DNA of 39,755 nucleotides from a virus (IMGVR_UViG_3300032266_000578:1-39755); one strand, 5' to 3'. Positions 15,801 through 24,231 are shown, counted from the stretch's first letter. Translations and numbers: made by a program. Notes: a model not told the origin generated them from the letters alone.

Positions 15801-15893
15801 GTGTTCCTCGTTCAGGGAATCACTTGATTAGCCTCCAGTGCAGACCTCCCTCGGTCGGTAAAGCCACCCTTAAAACGGTGGCTTTATTTTTTT
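15801..15893 (+). ncRNA. Candidate trans-acting anti-Shine-Dalgarno small RNA (about 90 nt)
   Basis: Lies between TATAAT and an intrinsic terminator. Loop TGATTAGCCTCC (CACT/AGTG stem) is complementary to several phage RBSs; a second C-rich hairpin is GACC-TCCCTC-GGTC. Confidence 0.55.
15859..15893 (+). terminator. Intrinsic terminator
   Basis: TAAAGCCACC-CTTAAAAC-GGTGGCTTTA followed by T7; the U tract is on the + strand although both flanking CDSs are on the - strand. Confidence 0.8.
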
Positions 15894-15921
15894 CTGTGCG
15901 CTTAACTCTGGCTTTTTTCTC

Positions 15922-16275
15922 TTAACTCCGGAGTGTTTCTACAACGATCTCACACCTTGGGTTCTCTTTGTCTAGGTGATGATATATATGTTTTTCCTTC
16001 ACCTGACGGTCATTTTTATAAGCTACGTCCTGTAGCAAGTCCAATATCAATGATTCGTCTAAGTCCGGTCTTCGACTGGCGTACCAGATATGTATCGTCA
16101 CGCACAAATCGCCTTCTAGCAGCTCGCCAGAGACAGCTTGCTGTTTAAACGACTCTGAGTAGTTTAGTGCCTTGGTTGATTTAATTAATCGGGATATGCC
16201 ACCGTAACGCACAATTTTTCTGCTGTTGCTTTTTGATGCCGGTTCACCAAATATTTTGAATGAAAGCGCTTGCAT
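15922..16275 (-). CDS. rusA: RusA-like Holliday junction resolvase
   Basis: GEPASKSN N-terminus, RPDLD..ILDLLQ..YKNDRQV acidic catalytic pattern, DKENPRCEI C-terminus. Confidence 0.8.
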   Translation of the reverse strand: MQALSFKIFGEPASKSNSRKIVRYGGISRLIKSTKALNYSESFKQQAVSGELLEGDLCVTIHIWYASRRPDLDESLILDLLQDVAYKNDRQVKEKHIYHHLDKENPRCEIVVETLRS

Positions 16276-16322
16276 TATGTTTTTCCTTGCGTTAGTATTA
16301 TGTTTCCTACTCGGAGGCTATT

Positions 16323-17270
16323 ATGAAAATCACCAATAAGTTTGGGTTGCCTGAACCCTTTGTCGCCCTTGCGTCAACAAGCTTTTACAGTAAAGGCAAA
16401 GCTGATTACTCTGTCACAGAGATCATATCACCACCACGCATACAGCGGCTGCGTCAGAGGCATTATGCTGAATTAACGGAAGATGTCAGCGACAGGACTT
16501 GGTCTTTAATGGGTACGTTAGCCCATCATTTCTTAGAGCAGCATAAAGTCAAAGACCATATTAATGAACAGCGTTTATTTGTTGAAGTTGATGGCGTTAC
16601 CCTGTCAGGTGCAATTGACTTGCAAAAAGAGACAGAGGGAACGGTTCATATTACCGACTACAAGTTCACCTCTGCTTGGGCGTTACGAGCAGACAAAATT
16701 GAGTGGATTCAGCAACAGAATATCTACGCATGGCTAGTCTATAAAATTACAGGCAAGAAAGTCCCCGTCTCGCGTCTTTGTGAGATAACGGGCAAACAGG
16801 TCTCAGGCTTACGCATCTGCGCGTTTATCCGTGACTGGAATCGCAGACAAGCTATGACTGATCCTACCTATCCACAGGCAAGCTCACAGATGGTAGACAT
16901 CCCTGTGTGGGATTTTGACAAGACCGAAGCTTACGTCAAAGAGCGCGTAGAACTTCATCGTGAGGCAAAGGTAGCTGCTGATTGGGAAATGGAGTTACCC
17001 CCCTGTACTGAGGATGACCGTTGGATTCGGGAGACAAAGTATGCCGTACTTAAAGAGGGTCGCAAGACCGCTGTTCGGGTTTTGGATACAGAATCAGAAG
17101 CGGCTGCGTTCATTATGGAAATGCCTGAGAAAGACAGAAAGATTGTCTCCATCAGCGTCCGCAAAGGCGAAGCAGTCCGTTGCACAGGAAACTTCTGCGG
17201 CGTTGCCAAGTGGTGTACACAATTTAAAAAGGAGCAGGAAGATGCAATCGTACAGCCTACCGTGGAATAA
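16323..17270 (+). CDS. PD-(D/E)XK exonuclease (Cas4/RecB-like)
   Basis: GTLAHHFLE, LSGAIDL, ITDYK, QQNIY, and a C-terminal RC..FC..WC cysteine cluster; upstream of ERF. Confidence 0.85.
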   Translation: MKITNKFGLPEPFVALASTSFYSKGKADYSVTEIISPPRIQRLRQRHYAELTEDVSDRTWSLMGTLAHHFLEQHKVKDHINEQRLFVEVDGVTLSGAIDLQKETEGTVHITDYKFTSAWALRADKIEWIQQQNIYAWLVYKITGKKVPVSRLCEITGKQVSGLRICAFIRDWNRRQAMTDPTYPQASSQMVDIPVWDFDKTEAYVKERVELHREAKVAADWEMELPPCTEDDRWIRETKYAVLKEGRKTAVRVLDTESEAAAFIMEMPEKDRKIVSISVRKGEAVRCTGNFCGVAKWCTQFKKEQEDAIVQPTVE

Positions 17271-17619
17271 ACCACTGGATGAAATTGAGCCATTAGCTCG
17301 AAACACTGACCCTGAAACCTCGCATGAGGCAGCAGCAGATGTGGCGTTTAGAGCGTCAGCGCACAGGCTTTTAGCCATGCAAGCCTTAGACCGCTATGGT
17401 GCGCTAACAGACTATGAATTGGCAGCGCGAACGGGCTTACAGCAAAACAGCATTGGTAAGCGCCGCAAGGATTGCCAAGATGCAGGAATGGTCGAAAGAC
17501 TGCTTGACGCCGACGGCAATAGCATTAAACGACCCGCACCATCAGGCAGCAAAGCCTTGGTGTGGACATTGACAGAGAAAGGGAGAAGTTACTTGAGGGA
17601 ATTAAATGCACAAGCCTGA
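17242..17619 (+). CDS. Winged-HTH DNA-binding protein (ARxTDPxTSH type)
   Basis: LARNTDPETSHEAA..LTDYELA..SIGKRR..W; AGGAAG before ATG 17242. Confidence 0.7.
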   Translation: MQSYSLPWNKPLDEIEPLARNTDPETSHEAAADVAFRASAHRLLAMQALDRYGALTDYELAARTGLQQNSIGKRRKDCQDAGMVERLLDADGNSIKRPAPSGSKALVWTLTEKGRSYLRELNAQA

Positions 17620-17761
17620 AAGACAGCCCAATGAATCTTTCGCAGATTACAAGATACGCAGAAAGATGGCTAAGGATTTAGTCAAAGTGGCAAAGACCGG
17701 ACAGATGACAAGTTTTCAAACAAAGTTAGTAGAAGCGTTTAAACGAGGAGAAGTTAAATGA
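17606..17761 (+). CDS. Small basic protein (51 aa)
   Basis: Hand translation MHKPERQPNESFADYKIRRKMAKDLVKVAKTGQMTSFQTKLVEAFKRGEVK; GAGGGA RBS. Confidence 0.6.
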   Translation: MHKPERQPNESFADYKIRRKMAKDLVKVAKTGQMTSFQTKLVEAFKRGEVK

Positions 17762-17940
17762 TTAGTCAGGGAAAAAATAAAGATGAACTGATTTTAGAGT
17801 TTATGGTGGCGTTAGCACCTAAGATTTTTGATAGCGATGCTTTTGACGAAGAAATAACCGCAGAAATGATTGTAGAGGCTGCGGATTTGTTGGCAACGGA
17901 ATTTTTAGAAAATTTTAGCAAATTTGGAGAAGTGAAATGA
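17758..17940 (+). CDS. Hypothetical protein, paralogue of 18055..18258
   Basis: GAGGAG RBS; ELILEFMVALAP..ADLLATEFLE. Confidence 0.7.
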   Translation: MISQGKNKDELILEFMVALAPKIFDSDAFDEEITAEMIVEAADLLATEFLENFSKFGEVK

Positions 17941-18065
17941 TGCCACCATTACCCAGTGATCTGCGTGAAATAGTCTTGTTTGGCATACAAGATATTCAGG
18001 AGCGGTTAAACAAGTTGGAAGAGATGTTGTGTCTTAGCGATGAGGAAGAAGAGAATGAAGACTAG
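17937..18065 (+). CDS. Small acidic protein (42 aa)
   Basis: MMPPLPSDLREIVLFGIQDIQERLNKLEEMLCLSDEEEENED; GGAG RBS; coupled start. Confidence 0.5.
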   Translation: MMPPLPSDLREIVLFGIQDIQERLNKLEEMLCLSDEEEENED

Positions 18066-18258
18066 ACAAGAGTTAATTTTAGATTTTATGTTGGCACTTG
18101 CGCCTACTTATTTAACGATACATGGTGAGGCGTGTGAGCGTTGGAACGAATCGTATGGCAGGACTGACGAGGGACGGTGCGATGATTGTCCGACAGCGGC
18201 GGAGAGTGTTTTGGATTTAGCAGCAGATTTAGCCGATGAATATTTGGAGAGAATGTAA
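18055..18258 (+). CDS. Hypothetical protein, paralogue of 17758..17940
   Basis: ELILDFMLALAP..AADLADEYLE. Confidence 0.7.
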   Translation: MKTRQELILDFMLALAPTYLTIHGEACERWNESYGRTDEGRCDDCPTAAESVLDLAADLADEYLERM

Positions 18259-18884
18259 TGAAAGTGTTTAAAAAGCTACAACAGGCACGGGTAACCCTGC
18301 TTGACGCAAACCTGAAGAAATCAGGCAAGAACAAATTTGCAGGGTTTGAGTATTTTGAGTTGGGTGACTTTATGCCGACCATTAACAAGATTTTCTTGGA
18401 TATTGGTCTGTGCGGTGTCGTACATTTCACTGCTGACTATGCGGTCTTGACAATCTATGACGCAGACTCAGAGGCAGCAGAATGTATCGACTTCCGCAGC
18501 CCGATGGTCTTTGCATCTAACCCCAAGGGTCAAGCTATTCAAGACTTGGGTTCAACACATACCTATCTGAGACGCTACCTGTGGCTCTTGGCAATGGATA
18601 TCGTTGAATCTGATACCGTGGATGCCCTACCACAGAAAGACGCGCCTAAACCTGCTGCGGCTCCAAAGGTTATTGAAACGAAGAAGGAAGTAGACCCTGC
18701 TCAACAAGCTTTCTTTGTTGACAAGGCAATCGAAGAGGGCAAGCAGTGCGAATCATTGGCTAACCTTTCAAGTCTGTGGAAAAACAACCAGAAACAGATT
18801 GATGAAATTAAGTCAACAAACAAGAACGAATTTACCCGCTTGCAAACGGCTTTTGCAGATATTAAATCATCTTTTCAGGAGTAG
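18258..18884 (+). CDS. erf: ERF-family single-strand annealing protein
   Basis: KSGKNKF..Y.EL and QDLGSTHTYLRRYLW match the ERF GSxxTYxRRY signature. Confidence 0.85.
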   Translation: MKVFKKLQQARVTLLDANLKKSGKNKFAGFEYFELGDFMPTINKIFLDIGLCGVVHFTADYAVLTIYDADSEAAECIDFRSPMVFASNPKGQAIQDLGSTHTYLRRYLWLLAMDIVESDTVDALPQKDAPKPAAAPKVIETKKEVDPAQQAFFVDKAIEEGKQCESLANLSSLWKNNQKQIDEIKSTNKNEFTRLQTAFADIKSSFQE

Positions 18885-18886
18885 TT

Positions 18887-19171
18887 ATGGCTTACGACAA
18901 ACCATTTGAAAACAAAGCACCCTACGGCAGTCTGTTTGCAGCCAAGGCAAAGACAAATCCCAAAGCACCGGATTACTACGGTGATGTGGTGATTGATGTG
19001 AGCCAATTTGATATTGTGGACGGCACAATTAAGATTTCTTTGAGCGGTTGGAAGAAACAATTGACCAATGGCTCAGGCACGTTCCTTAGTCTGCAAGCAA
19101 GCAAACCGTTTGTGAAGGGGGAGCAACGTCAATCTGCTCCCGCCGACATGGACGACGATATCCCTTTCTAG
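18887..19171 (+). CDS. Small ssDNA-binding-like protein with SSB-type acidic tail
   Basis: GSLF..K..PKAPDYYG..LSGWKK..FLSL, ending in DDDIPF; follows ERF. Confidence 0.75.
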   Translation: MAYDKPFENKAPYGSLFAAKAKTNPKAPDYYGDVVIDVSQFDIVDGTIKISLSGWKKQLTNGSGTFLSLQASKPFVKGEQRQSAPADMDDDIPF

Positions 19172-19181
19172 GAGTTTAAAC

Positions 19182-19436
19182 ATGGTTACCAAAAAAGCAG
19201 TCAAGAAAACCGTTATGAAGCGTATTCCTAAAACATCAGAAGCGATTGTTCCGGAGGGGCTTTCTTTGGCTAAACGGCTTGAAGAAAGTGAAGCCAAACT
19301 TGAAAAAGCAATGATGGGACTTAACTTTGCAAAAGTAGCCGTAGACATGATGAAAGATCACTACGAAGAACTTGGCAACGCTTACGAAAAAGCTCTTAAA
19401 CATATTGCAAAACTTGAAAAGAAACTGGAGAAATAA
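19182..19436 (+). CDS. Coiled-coil hypothetical protein
   Basis: AGGAG RBS; heptad pattern. Confidence 0.65.
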   Translation: MVTKKAVKKTVMKRIPKTSEAIVPEGLSLAKRLEESEAKLEKAMMGLNFAKVAVDMMKDHYEELGNAYEKALKHIAKLEKKLEK

Positions 19437-19825
19437 TGGCTCTCAATTTTGAAGCAGTTAAGGTCTCGCTTAAACAAGACCGCACTGGCTTCATCTTGAC
19501 GCTAAATATCCATCCTGACGAAATCCCCGAAGAATTATTGCGGGATTTTGTCGGGGCTAGGTACGGCGTTGCGATGGTCAGGATCAATGACGATGAATCC
19601 CCCGTGGATTACCTCGTTAAGAAGGCGGGGATGCTTTGTAGAACGCGAGATTTTCAAGTGTGGCTACAAGATACCGGACACATTGAAAAACCCAGTGAAA
19701 CGGCAGCAGCCCGTGCCGTCTGTGATATTTGCGGAGTCTCGTCTCGTTCAGAGCTTAGTAGCAACACGCTGTTTAAACAAATGGTAGACGAATATGAAGC
19801 ATGGAAAAAAACTCAGCCCTTCTAA
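19436..19825 (+). CDS. Hypothetical phage protein (129 aa)
   Basis: GGAG RBS; C-terminal FQVWL..AARAVCDICGVSSRSEL. Confidence 0.75.
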   Translation: MALNFEAVKVSLKQDRTGFILTLNIHPDEIPEELLRDFVGARYGVAMVRINDDESPVDYLVKKAGMLCRTRDFQVWLQDTGHIEKPSETAAARAVCDICGVSSRSELSSNTLFKQMVDEYEAWKKTQPF

Positions 19826-20111
19826 GTTACACGCAGTGATGATTTACTTGAAACCTGTTGATGCTGACAGGTTGACAAGGTTTGCCAAGAATAACAATGC
19901 ATCCAAGTCTCAAATTGCCCGCGAGGGTATTGAAATGAGGATGGACTTAAACCCAAATCAATTTAATGCGGGCTTCAATGAAGGTTTAAACGCTGTTGTT
20001 GAGGTGATTAACAAAGACCCGTTGTTTGGATTTAGGTTTCCGTCGGGTCAAACCGGATCAGCATATGTCATTAACCTGTTTCAACACTTATTCAGGAAGA
20101 TTGATGAATAA
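19794..20111 (+). CDS. Ribbon-helix-helix-like DNA-binding protein
   Basis: VMIYL..DADRLTRFAK..SKSQIAREGIE fits the RHH/CopG pattern. Confidence 0.6.
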   Translation: MKHGKKLSPSKLHAVMIYLKPVDADRLTRFAKNNNASKSQIAREGIEMRMDLNPNQFNAGFNEGLNAVVEVINKDPLFGFRFPSGQTGSAYVINLFQHLFRKIDE

Positions 20112-20295
20112 TGAAGACCTACGGGATTTGTTTGCTGCGTTTGCCATGATATCTAAAGCTTGGATTCCTCCTGATTTACAGGCTCATGCTAGAAATTGTT
20201 ACGCGATAGCAGACGCAATGATTGAGGCTAAGTATGCACAGGAGGAAGAGGGAATAGCTTCTGTCGTTAAACGCACAAGGAAAAAAAATGTCTGA
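20104..20295 (+). CDS. Small phage protein (LRDxFAxxAM..YxxADAM type)
   Basis: DLRDLFAAFAM..CYAIADAMIEA; AGGAAG RBS. Confidence 0.7.
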   Translation: MNNEDLRDLFAAFAMISKAWIPPDLQAHARNCYAIADAMIEAKYAQEEEGIASVVKRTRKKNV

Positions 20296-20363
20296 ATACC
20301 AAAGAGGCTACGCACAAGGTTTTGAAGACGGATGTAATTTTATGAAAACAACCGAGGTGAACA

Positions 20364-20594
20364 ATGAGCAAAGTAAAGATAGGAATAAATTACGAGCCGA
20401 AGTGGTTCGAGAAGAGGCAGACAAGCGGGTGGTACAGCGGGAAGAACCCTCCACTTGATTATGACGCTATGCAATTACAAAGCTGCTTGTTAGGTACGGG
20501 CGTAGCAAAGCTTTGGAAAACACAGTTAGTTATTTTTGCCGTGTGTACAGTCATCACTCTGTACTTTTCATGGTGCTATGGGGTGTTCGCATGA
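20364..20594 (+). CDS. Hypothetical protein with C-terminal transmembrane helix
   Basis: GAGGTG RBS; LVIFAVCTVITLYFSWCYGVFA. Confidence 0.6.
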   Translation: MSKVKIGINYEPKWFEKRQTSGWYSGKNPPLDYDAMQLQSCLLGTGVAKLWKTQLVIFAVCTVITLYFSWCYGVFA

Positions 20595-21412
20595 AGACTG
20601 ATGAAGCACTTCTTGATAGACTTGAAACAATGATTTTGTTAGCTCTTGACGGTAACAAAAATACGCCATTTGTTGGGGCAACAAAAATGCGAATGTCTGG
20701 TGGTTATTTTGAACAATTTGATCAAGGAGATTTATTAAATTTTAATAATAAAATGCCAAATTCGTTTTATACATTTGACATGACCGATGAAAGTCGTTTG
20801 TATACAACCGATTCTAGTCTGTTGTTAAGCAATCCAATTGAAATATTGGGGAATGAATCTGAAATAGCATTAATTAACGAACATGGTTTGCGTTGGACGG
20901 CGTACAAAAAAATTAACAAACGCCCAAAAGGCGTAGTCTGTTTAGGCAAACCCGTTGCTTGGTATGAGGCACATACTAAATTTATACAACCTACGGGTAA
21001 CAGTCTTTACATTAAGCGGGTTTTGCCTTTAGATGCAAAAGGTAATCCGCTTGCTGCTATGGTTAATAATCATGTTGTTTGCACCCCAAACATAGAAGGT
21101 AAATATTTAACTATTGCCGCATCTTTAATAGAAGATGCACATAGACCTAACACTATGCTTGCTGAAGTTAAAGACGGAGTATCTATAAAATTTCCTGTTC
21201 CAATTAATAACTACAAAGCTCTGTTTGCAGGGCGGGAAGAGCCGCTTACGCCTAGTGGTCGCAGAAAGGCAATTGTGCATTGGGTTGCACAACATTTAAG
21301 ACAAGGGAAAAACGATACCGCCACAGTAAAGCAACACATTCGTGGTGTGCAAGACATATGCGTAGGCGGAGTAAACATAACAATTACCCCTAACGACAAG
21401 GTGTTTGAATGA
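20591..21412 (+). CDS. Hypothetical protein (273 aa, AT-rich gene)
   Basis: Long ORF with an ATGA-coupled start at 20591; C-terminal HWVAQHLR..VKQHIRG. Confidence 0.75.
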   Translation: MKTDEALLDRLETMILLALDGNKNTPFVGATKMRMSGGYFEQFDQGDLLNFNNKMPNSFYTFDMTDESRLYTTDSSLLLSNPIEILGNESEIALINEHGLRWTAYKKINKRPKGVVCLGKPVAWYEAHTKFIQPTGNSLYIKRVLPLDAKGNPLAAMVNNHVVCTPNIEGKYLTIAASLIEDAHRPNTMLAEVKDGVSIKFPVPINNYKALFAGREEPLTPSGRRKAIVHWVAQHLRQGKNDTATVKQHIRGVQDICVGGVNITITPNDKVFE

Positions 21413-21488
21413 ATACATCAAGCGAAGTGATGTGGTGGGTCGCGTATTTTTATTTGGCGCTTGTTTTGATTATATGGATGTGGAAATA

Positions 21489-22376
21489 ATGTTCATCAAA
21501 TATCAACACGTTGAGCGGTACGGCAACACGGAAGTCTCAGGCATTGAGATGGGCGAGTGCTACGTATTCCCAAAGCTCGATGGTACGAACGGCTCTGTGT
21601 GGGCAGAGGGCGGGGTTGTGTGTGCAGGGTCACGCAATCGGGTACTGGCTATTGATGATGACAACGCAGGGTTTTTTGCTGCGATCAGTAACGACCTACG
21701 CATTAGCACCTACCTGATCGAGTTCCCGCATCACACGCTGTACGGTGAGTGGTTAGTGCCTCATTCGCTCAAGACGTACCGCGAGGATGCGTGGCGTAGG
21801 TTTTACATCTTTGATGTGTATGACCGAGCCACAGAGACGCTGCTGCGCTATGAGGACTACCGTGTGCATATGGAACGCCACGGTTTGGATTACCTTGCGC
21901 CACTGGCTATCATCAAAAACGGTTCAGCCGATATGTTTGTGACCATGCTTGAGAAGAACGTACACCTGATTCAAGATGGCATGGGTGCGGGTGAGGGAAT
22001 TGTGTTGAAAAACTACGATTACCTTAACTGTTTCGGTAAACAAATTTGGGCAAAGATTGTCACCAATGAATTTAAAGAAAAGCATCACAAAGAAATGGGT
22101 GCGCCTATCGTTGGGTGCGAGATCATCGAACAGAAGATCACTGACAAGTACGTGACCCAAGCCTTGGTGGATAAGGTGCAAGCAAAGATTGCATTAGAGC
22201 GTGACGGGTGGACTTCACGGTACATCCCACAGCTATTGGGTACGGTGTTCTATGACTTGGTGCGCGAAGATATGTGGGAGATCATTAAGGAACATAAGAA
22301 CCCACGCATCGACTTTCGTGCCTTGCATATGTTTACCGTGGGTCGCATTAAACAACTACGTTCTGATTTATTTTAA
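21489..22376 (+). CDS. ATP-dependent RNA ligase (Rnl2-like nucleotidyltransferase)
   Basis: Motif I KLDGTN, GSRNR, motif III LYGEW, IIIa FYIFDV, IV EGIVLK, V WAKIV; no obvious OB domain. Probable start ATG 21489. Confidence 0.85.
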   Translation: MFIKYQHVERYGNTEVSGIEMGECYVFPKLDGTNGSVWAEGGVVCAGSRNRVLAIDDDNAGFFAAISNDLRISTYLIEFPHHTLYGEWLVPHSLKTYREDAWRRFYIFDVYDRATETLLRYEDYRVHMERHGLDYLAPLAIIKNGSADMFVTMLEKNVHLIQDGMGAGEGIVLKNYDYLNCFGKQIWAKIVTNEFKEKHHKEMGAPIVGCEIIEQKITDKYVTQALVDKVQAKIALERDGWTSRYIPQLLGTVFYDLVREDMWEIIKEHKNPRIDFRALHMFTVGRIKQLRSDLF

Positions 22377-22386
22377 GGAATGCGAA

Positions 22387-22692
22387 ATGAAACACAAACA
22401 CTACGATTGCATTGTTGCGTGGGCTGACGGGGCTGAAATTCAATGGTTGTCCATTCTAACCGGACATTGGGAAGATGTTGATATGAATGGTAAAAATTGG
22501 CACGAGCATTACAAATACCGCATCAAGCCAGAGCCAACGCCTGATGTTGTTAAGATTTTTTATTTGGAGTCGCACCCATTTTTAGGGTTGCGTTTTTCAG
22601 AAGAGATCAATCCTATTAAGGATAAAACAAAACGGATTAGCTGCACGTTCGACAGCACAACAGGCAAGTTGAAAGCAGTGGAGATGGTATGA
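22387..22692 (+). CDS. Hypothetical phage protein (AWADGAEIQ..YRIKP type)
   Basis: AAGGA RBS; motif recurrent in phage small proteins. Confidence 0.75.
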   Translation: MKHKHYDCIVAWADGAEIQWLSILTGHWEDVDMNGKNWHEHYKYRIKPEPTPDVVKIFYLESHPFLGLRFSEEINPIKDKTKRISCTFDSTTGKLKAVEMV

Positions 22693-22820
22693 AACTTATT
22701 TTAAACATTGGCGGGTTTGCGGTTATTTATCTTGGCGGAAACTCACTAGAGATTAGTGATTATGTAACTGTCATGGCGGGTGCGCTCTGTGTGTACGTTA
22801 GTGGAGTTTTATCATCATGA
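22689..22820 (+). CDS. Small membrane peptide (43 aa)
   Basis: MKLILNIGGFAVIYLGGNSLEISDYVTVMAGALCVYVSGVLSS; ATGA-coupled at both ends. Confidence 0.5.
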   Translation: MKLILNIGGFAVIYLGGNSLEISDYVTVMAGALCVYVSGVLSS

Positions 22821-22987
22821 CCACACCAATCACATCAAAGCAACTTGCAGCACACATCTTGAAGATACTTGAAGACGTTGTGGCTGACTACCCTGAAGAC
22901 GAGCGTGAAGAGGCTAAGGTAGCGATTCTGAACGCATATTCAGGTCAGGTGTTTGCCATGCCAATGCGAATGGGAGATAACGCATGA
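22817..22987 (+). CDS. Hypothetical protein (56 aa)
   Basis: MTTPITSKQLAAHILKILEDVVADYPEDEREEAKVAILNAYSGQVFAMPMRMGDNA; GGAG RBS; coupled. Confidence 0.55.
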   Translation: MTTPITSKQLAAHILKILEDVVADYPEDEREEAKVAILNAYSGQVFAMPMRMGDNA

Positions 22988-23211
22988 AACAAGTACCCAT
23001 TAAATTTCCGTCAGGATTTGAAGACACGCTTGACACGCCAACTGTTATTCAGCTTGGTCGATTGATTCTAGGTGACACGGTATGTCGTTTGTACTTTGCT
23101 GAAGATGGCAAGATGCACATGTACTGTGGTCGTGGCGCACAAGAGTTTATTAAGTTTGCGCCTGAGCCTACTGACGACATTTTGATGTACGGTTTTGGAG
23201 GTAAGAAATGA
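22984..23211 (+). CDS. Hypothetical protein (75 aa)
   Basis: GGGAG RBS; coupled. Confidence 0.6.
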   Translation: MKQVPIKFPSGFEDTLDTPTVIQLGRLILGDTVCRLYFAEDGKMHMYCGRGAQEFIKFAPEPTDDILMYGFGGKK

Positions 23212-23480
23212 ACAAACGATTAAAAGAGTTTGCGGTGCAAGCGGGGTTGGAAGAACTTGGCGACAGTGATTGGTGTTCATTAAATCACCCTGATGTACGG
23301 GCTGAACACCTTGAACGCTTTGCCAACCTTGTGCGCCAAGATTATTTGCGTGAACTGAAAGCGTTGAAACCTGTGGCGTGGATGATGCCTGAGTACGGCG
23401 ATGTGTTGCCAGCAAGTGAAGCTGATGGTACAGGAATATACAACATACCACTTTTCGCACTAAACGAGGTGACGAAATGA
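23208..23480 (+). CDS. Hypothetical protein (90 aa, PVAW motif)
   Basis: GGAGGT RBS; coupled. Confidence 0.7.
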   Translation: MNKRLKEFAVQAGLEELGDSDWCSLNHPDVRAEHLERFANLVRQDYLRELKALKPVAWMMPEYGDVLPASEADGTGIYNIPLFALNEVTK

Positions 23481-23809
23481 AAGACCGAGAATTGTTAGAA
23501 CTTGCGGCTAAAGCTGCGGGGTATGAAAAGATTGAATATAACGACTTAAAAGGCTCAATGCTAGACATTCGATATGGTCGTGATGAAGCCATATGGAATG
23601 GCGAGGACTATTGGAATCCGTTGGTTGATGACTGCGAAGCTCTGCGACTGGCGGTGAAATTGACTCTTGGAGTTGTGTTTAACGGAGAAGAAGCTTGTGT
23701 GTGGCTTTTTGATATTGAATCAATTGAGCCAGTAACTAACGATGATCCCTACGCAGCAACACGCAGAGCAATTGTGAAGGCAGCGGCAGAGATTGGTAAA
23801 TCTATTTAA
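23477..23809 (+). CDS. Phage protein (ELLELAAKAAG..WNPL..ATRRAIV type, ABA-sandwich-like)
   Basis: GAGGTG RBS; recognisable family motifs. Confidence 0.75.
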   Translation: MKDRELLELAAKAAGYEKIEYNDLKGSMLDIRYGRDEAIWNGEDYWNPLVDDCEALRLAVKLTLGVVFNGEEACVWLFDIESIEPVTNDDPYAATRRAIVKAAAEIGKSI

Positions 23810-23822
23810 CCAAGGGGATGAA

Positions 23823-24026
23823 ATGACTAACGACCAAGCAAGAGAATTTGAACGTGAGTACAACGAACTGACCAAATCAGGCAGAGTTTTGTACGAGCAG
23901 TTAGAAACAATGACTAAGCGATGCAATGCAATACTAGAGCAAGTCAGAGAGGCTAACGTTCAATTCGATGAGATTGCGCTGTTGTTTGGATGTGAGTTGC
24001 AAATTGAGGTGCAAAATGAAAATTAA
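23823..24026 (+). CDS. Hypothetical coiled-coil protein (67 aa)
   Basis: AGGGGA RBS. Confidence 0.6.
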   Translation: MTNDQAREFEREYNELTKSGRVLYEQLETMTKRCNAILEQVREANVQFDEIALLFGCELQIEVQNEN

Positions 24027-24231
24027 ATCAGCACTTAACTTGCAAGGTGAGGTTGTATCAGTAACAACGACTCCTACTATGATTACGCTCATTAAAGGCG
24101 AGCAGTTTAATGCAGAGATGGATGATACAACGGGTGTGATTGTTGATGGTAAGCCTATGACTCTTGCAGCCGCTCGCCGCAAGTGGATACATGACGCACT
24201 AGATAACTGGATTGACGGGGTGGAGGAATGA
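24016..24231 (+). CDS. Hypothetical protein (71 aa)
   Basis: GAGGTG RBS. Confidence 0.6.
   Translation: MKIKSALNLQGEVVSVTTTPTMITLIKGEQFNAEMDDTTGVIVDGKPMTLAAARRKWIHDALDNWIDGVEE

Noticed and set aside
15812-15836. GGAGGCTAATCAAGTG on the minus strand as an RBS for a gene
   Set aside because: It leads to GTG-ATT-CCC-TGA, only three codons.
16323-17270. cas4 as part of a CRISPR-Cas locus
   Set aside because: No array or other cas genes; the ERF/SSB context indicates a recombination exonuclease.
20288-20458. Possible 56-aa ORF MSEYQRGYAQGFEDG
   Set aside because: It overlaps 20364..20594 by 95 bp; it may be real but support is too weak to list as a feature.
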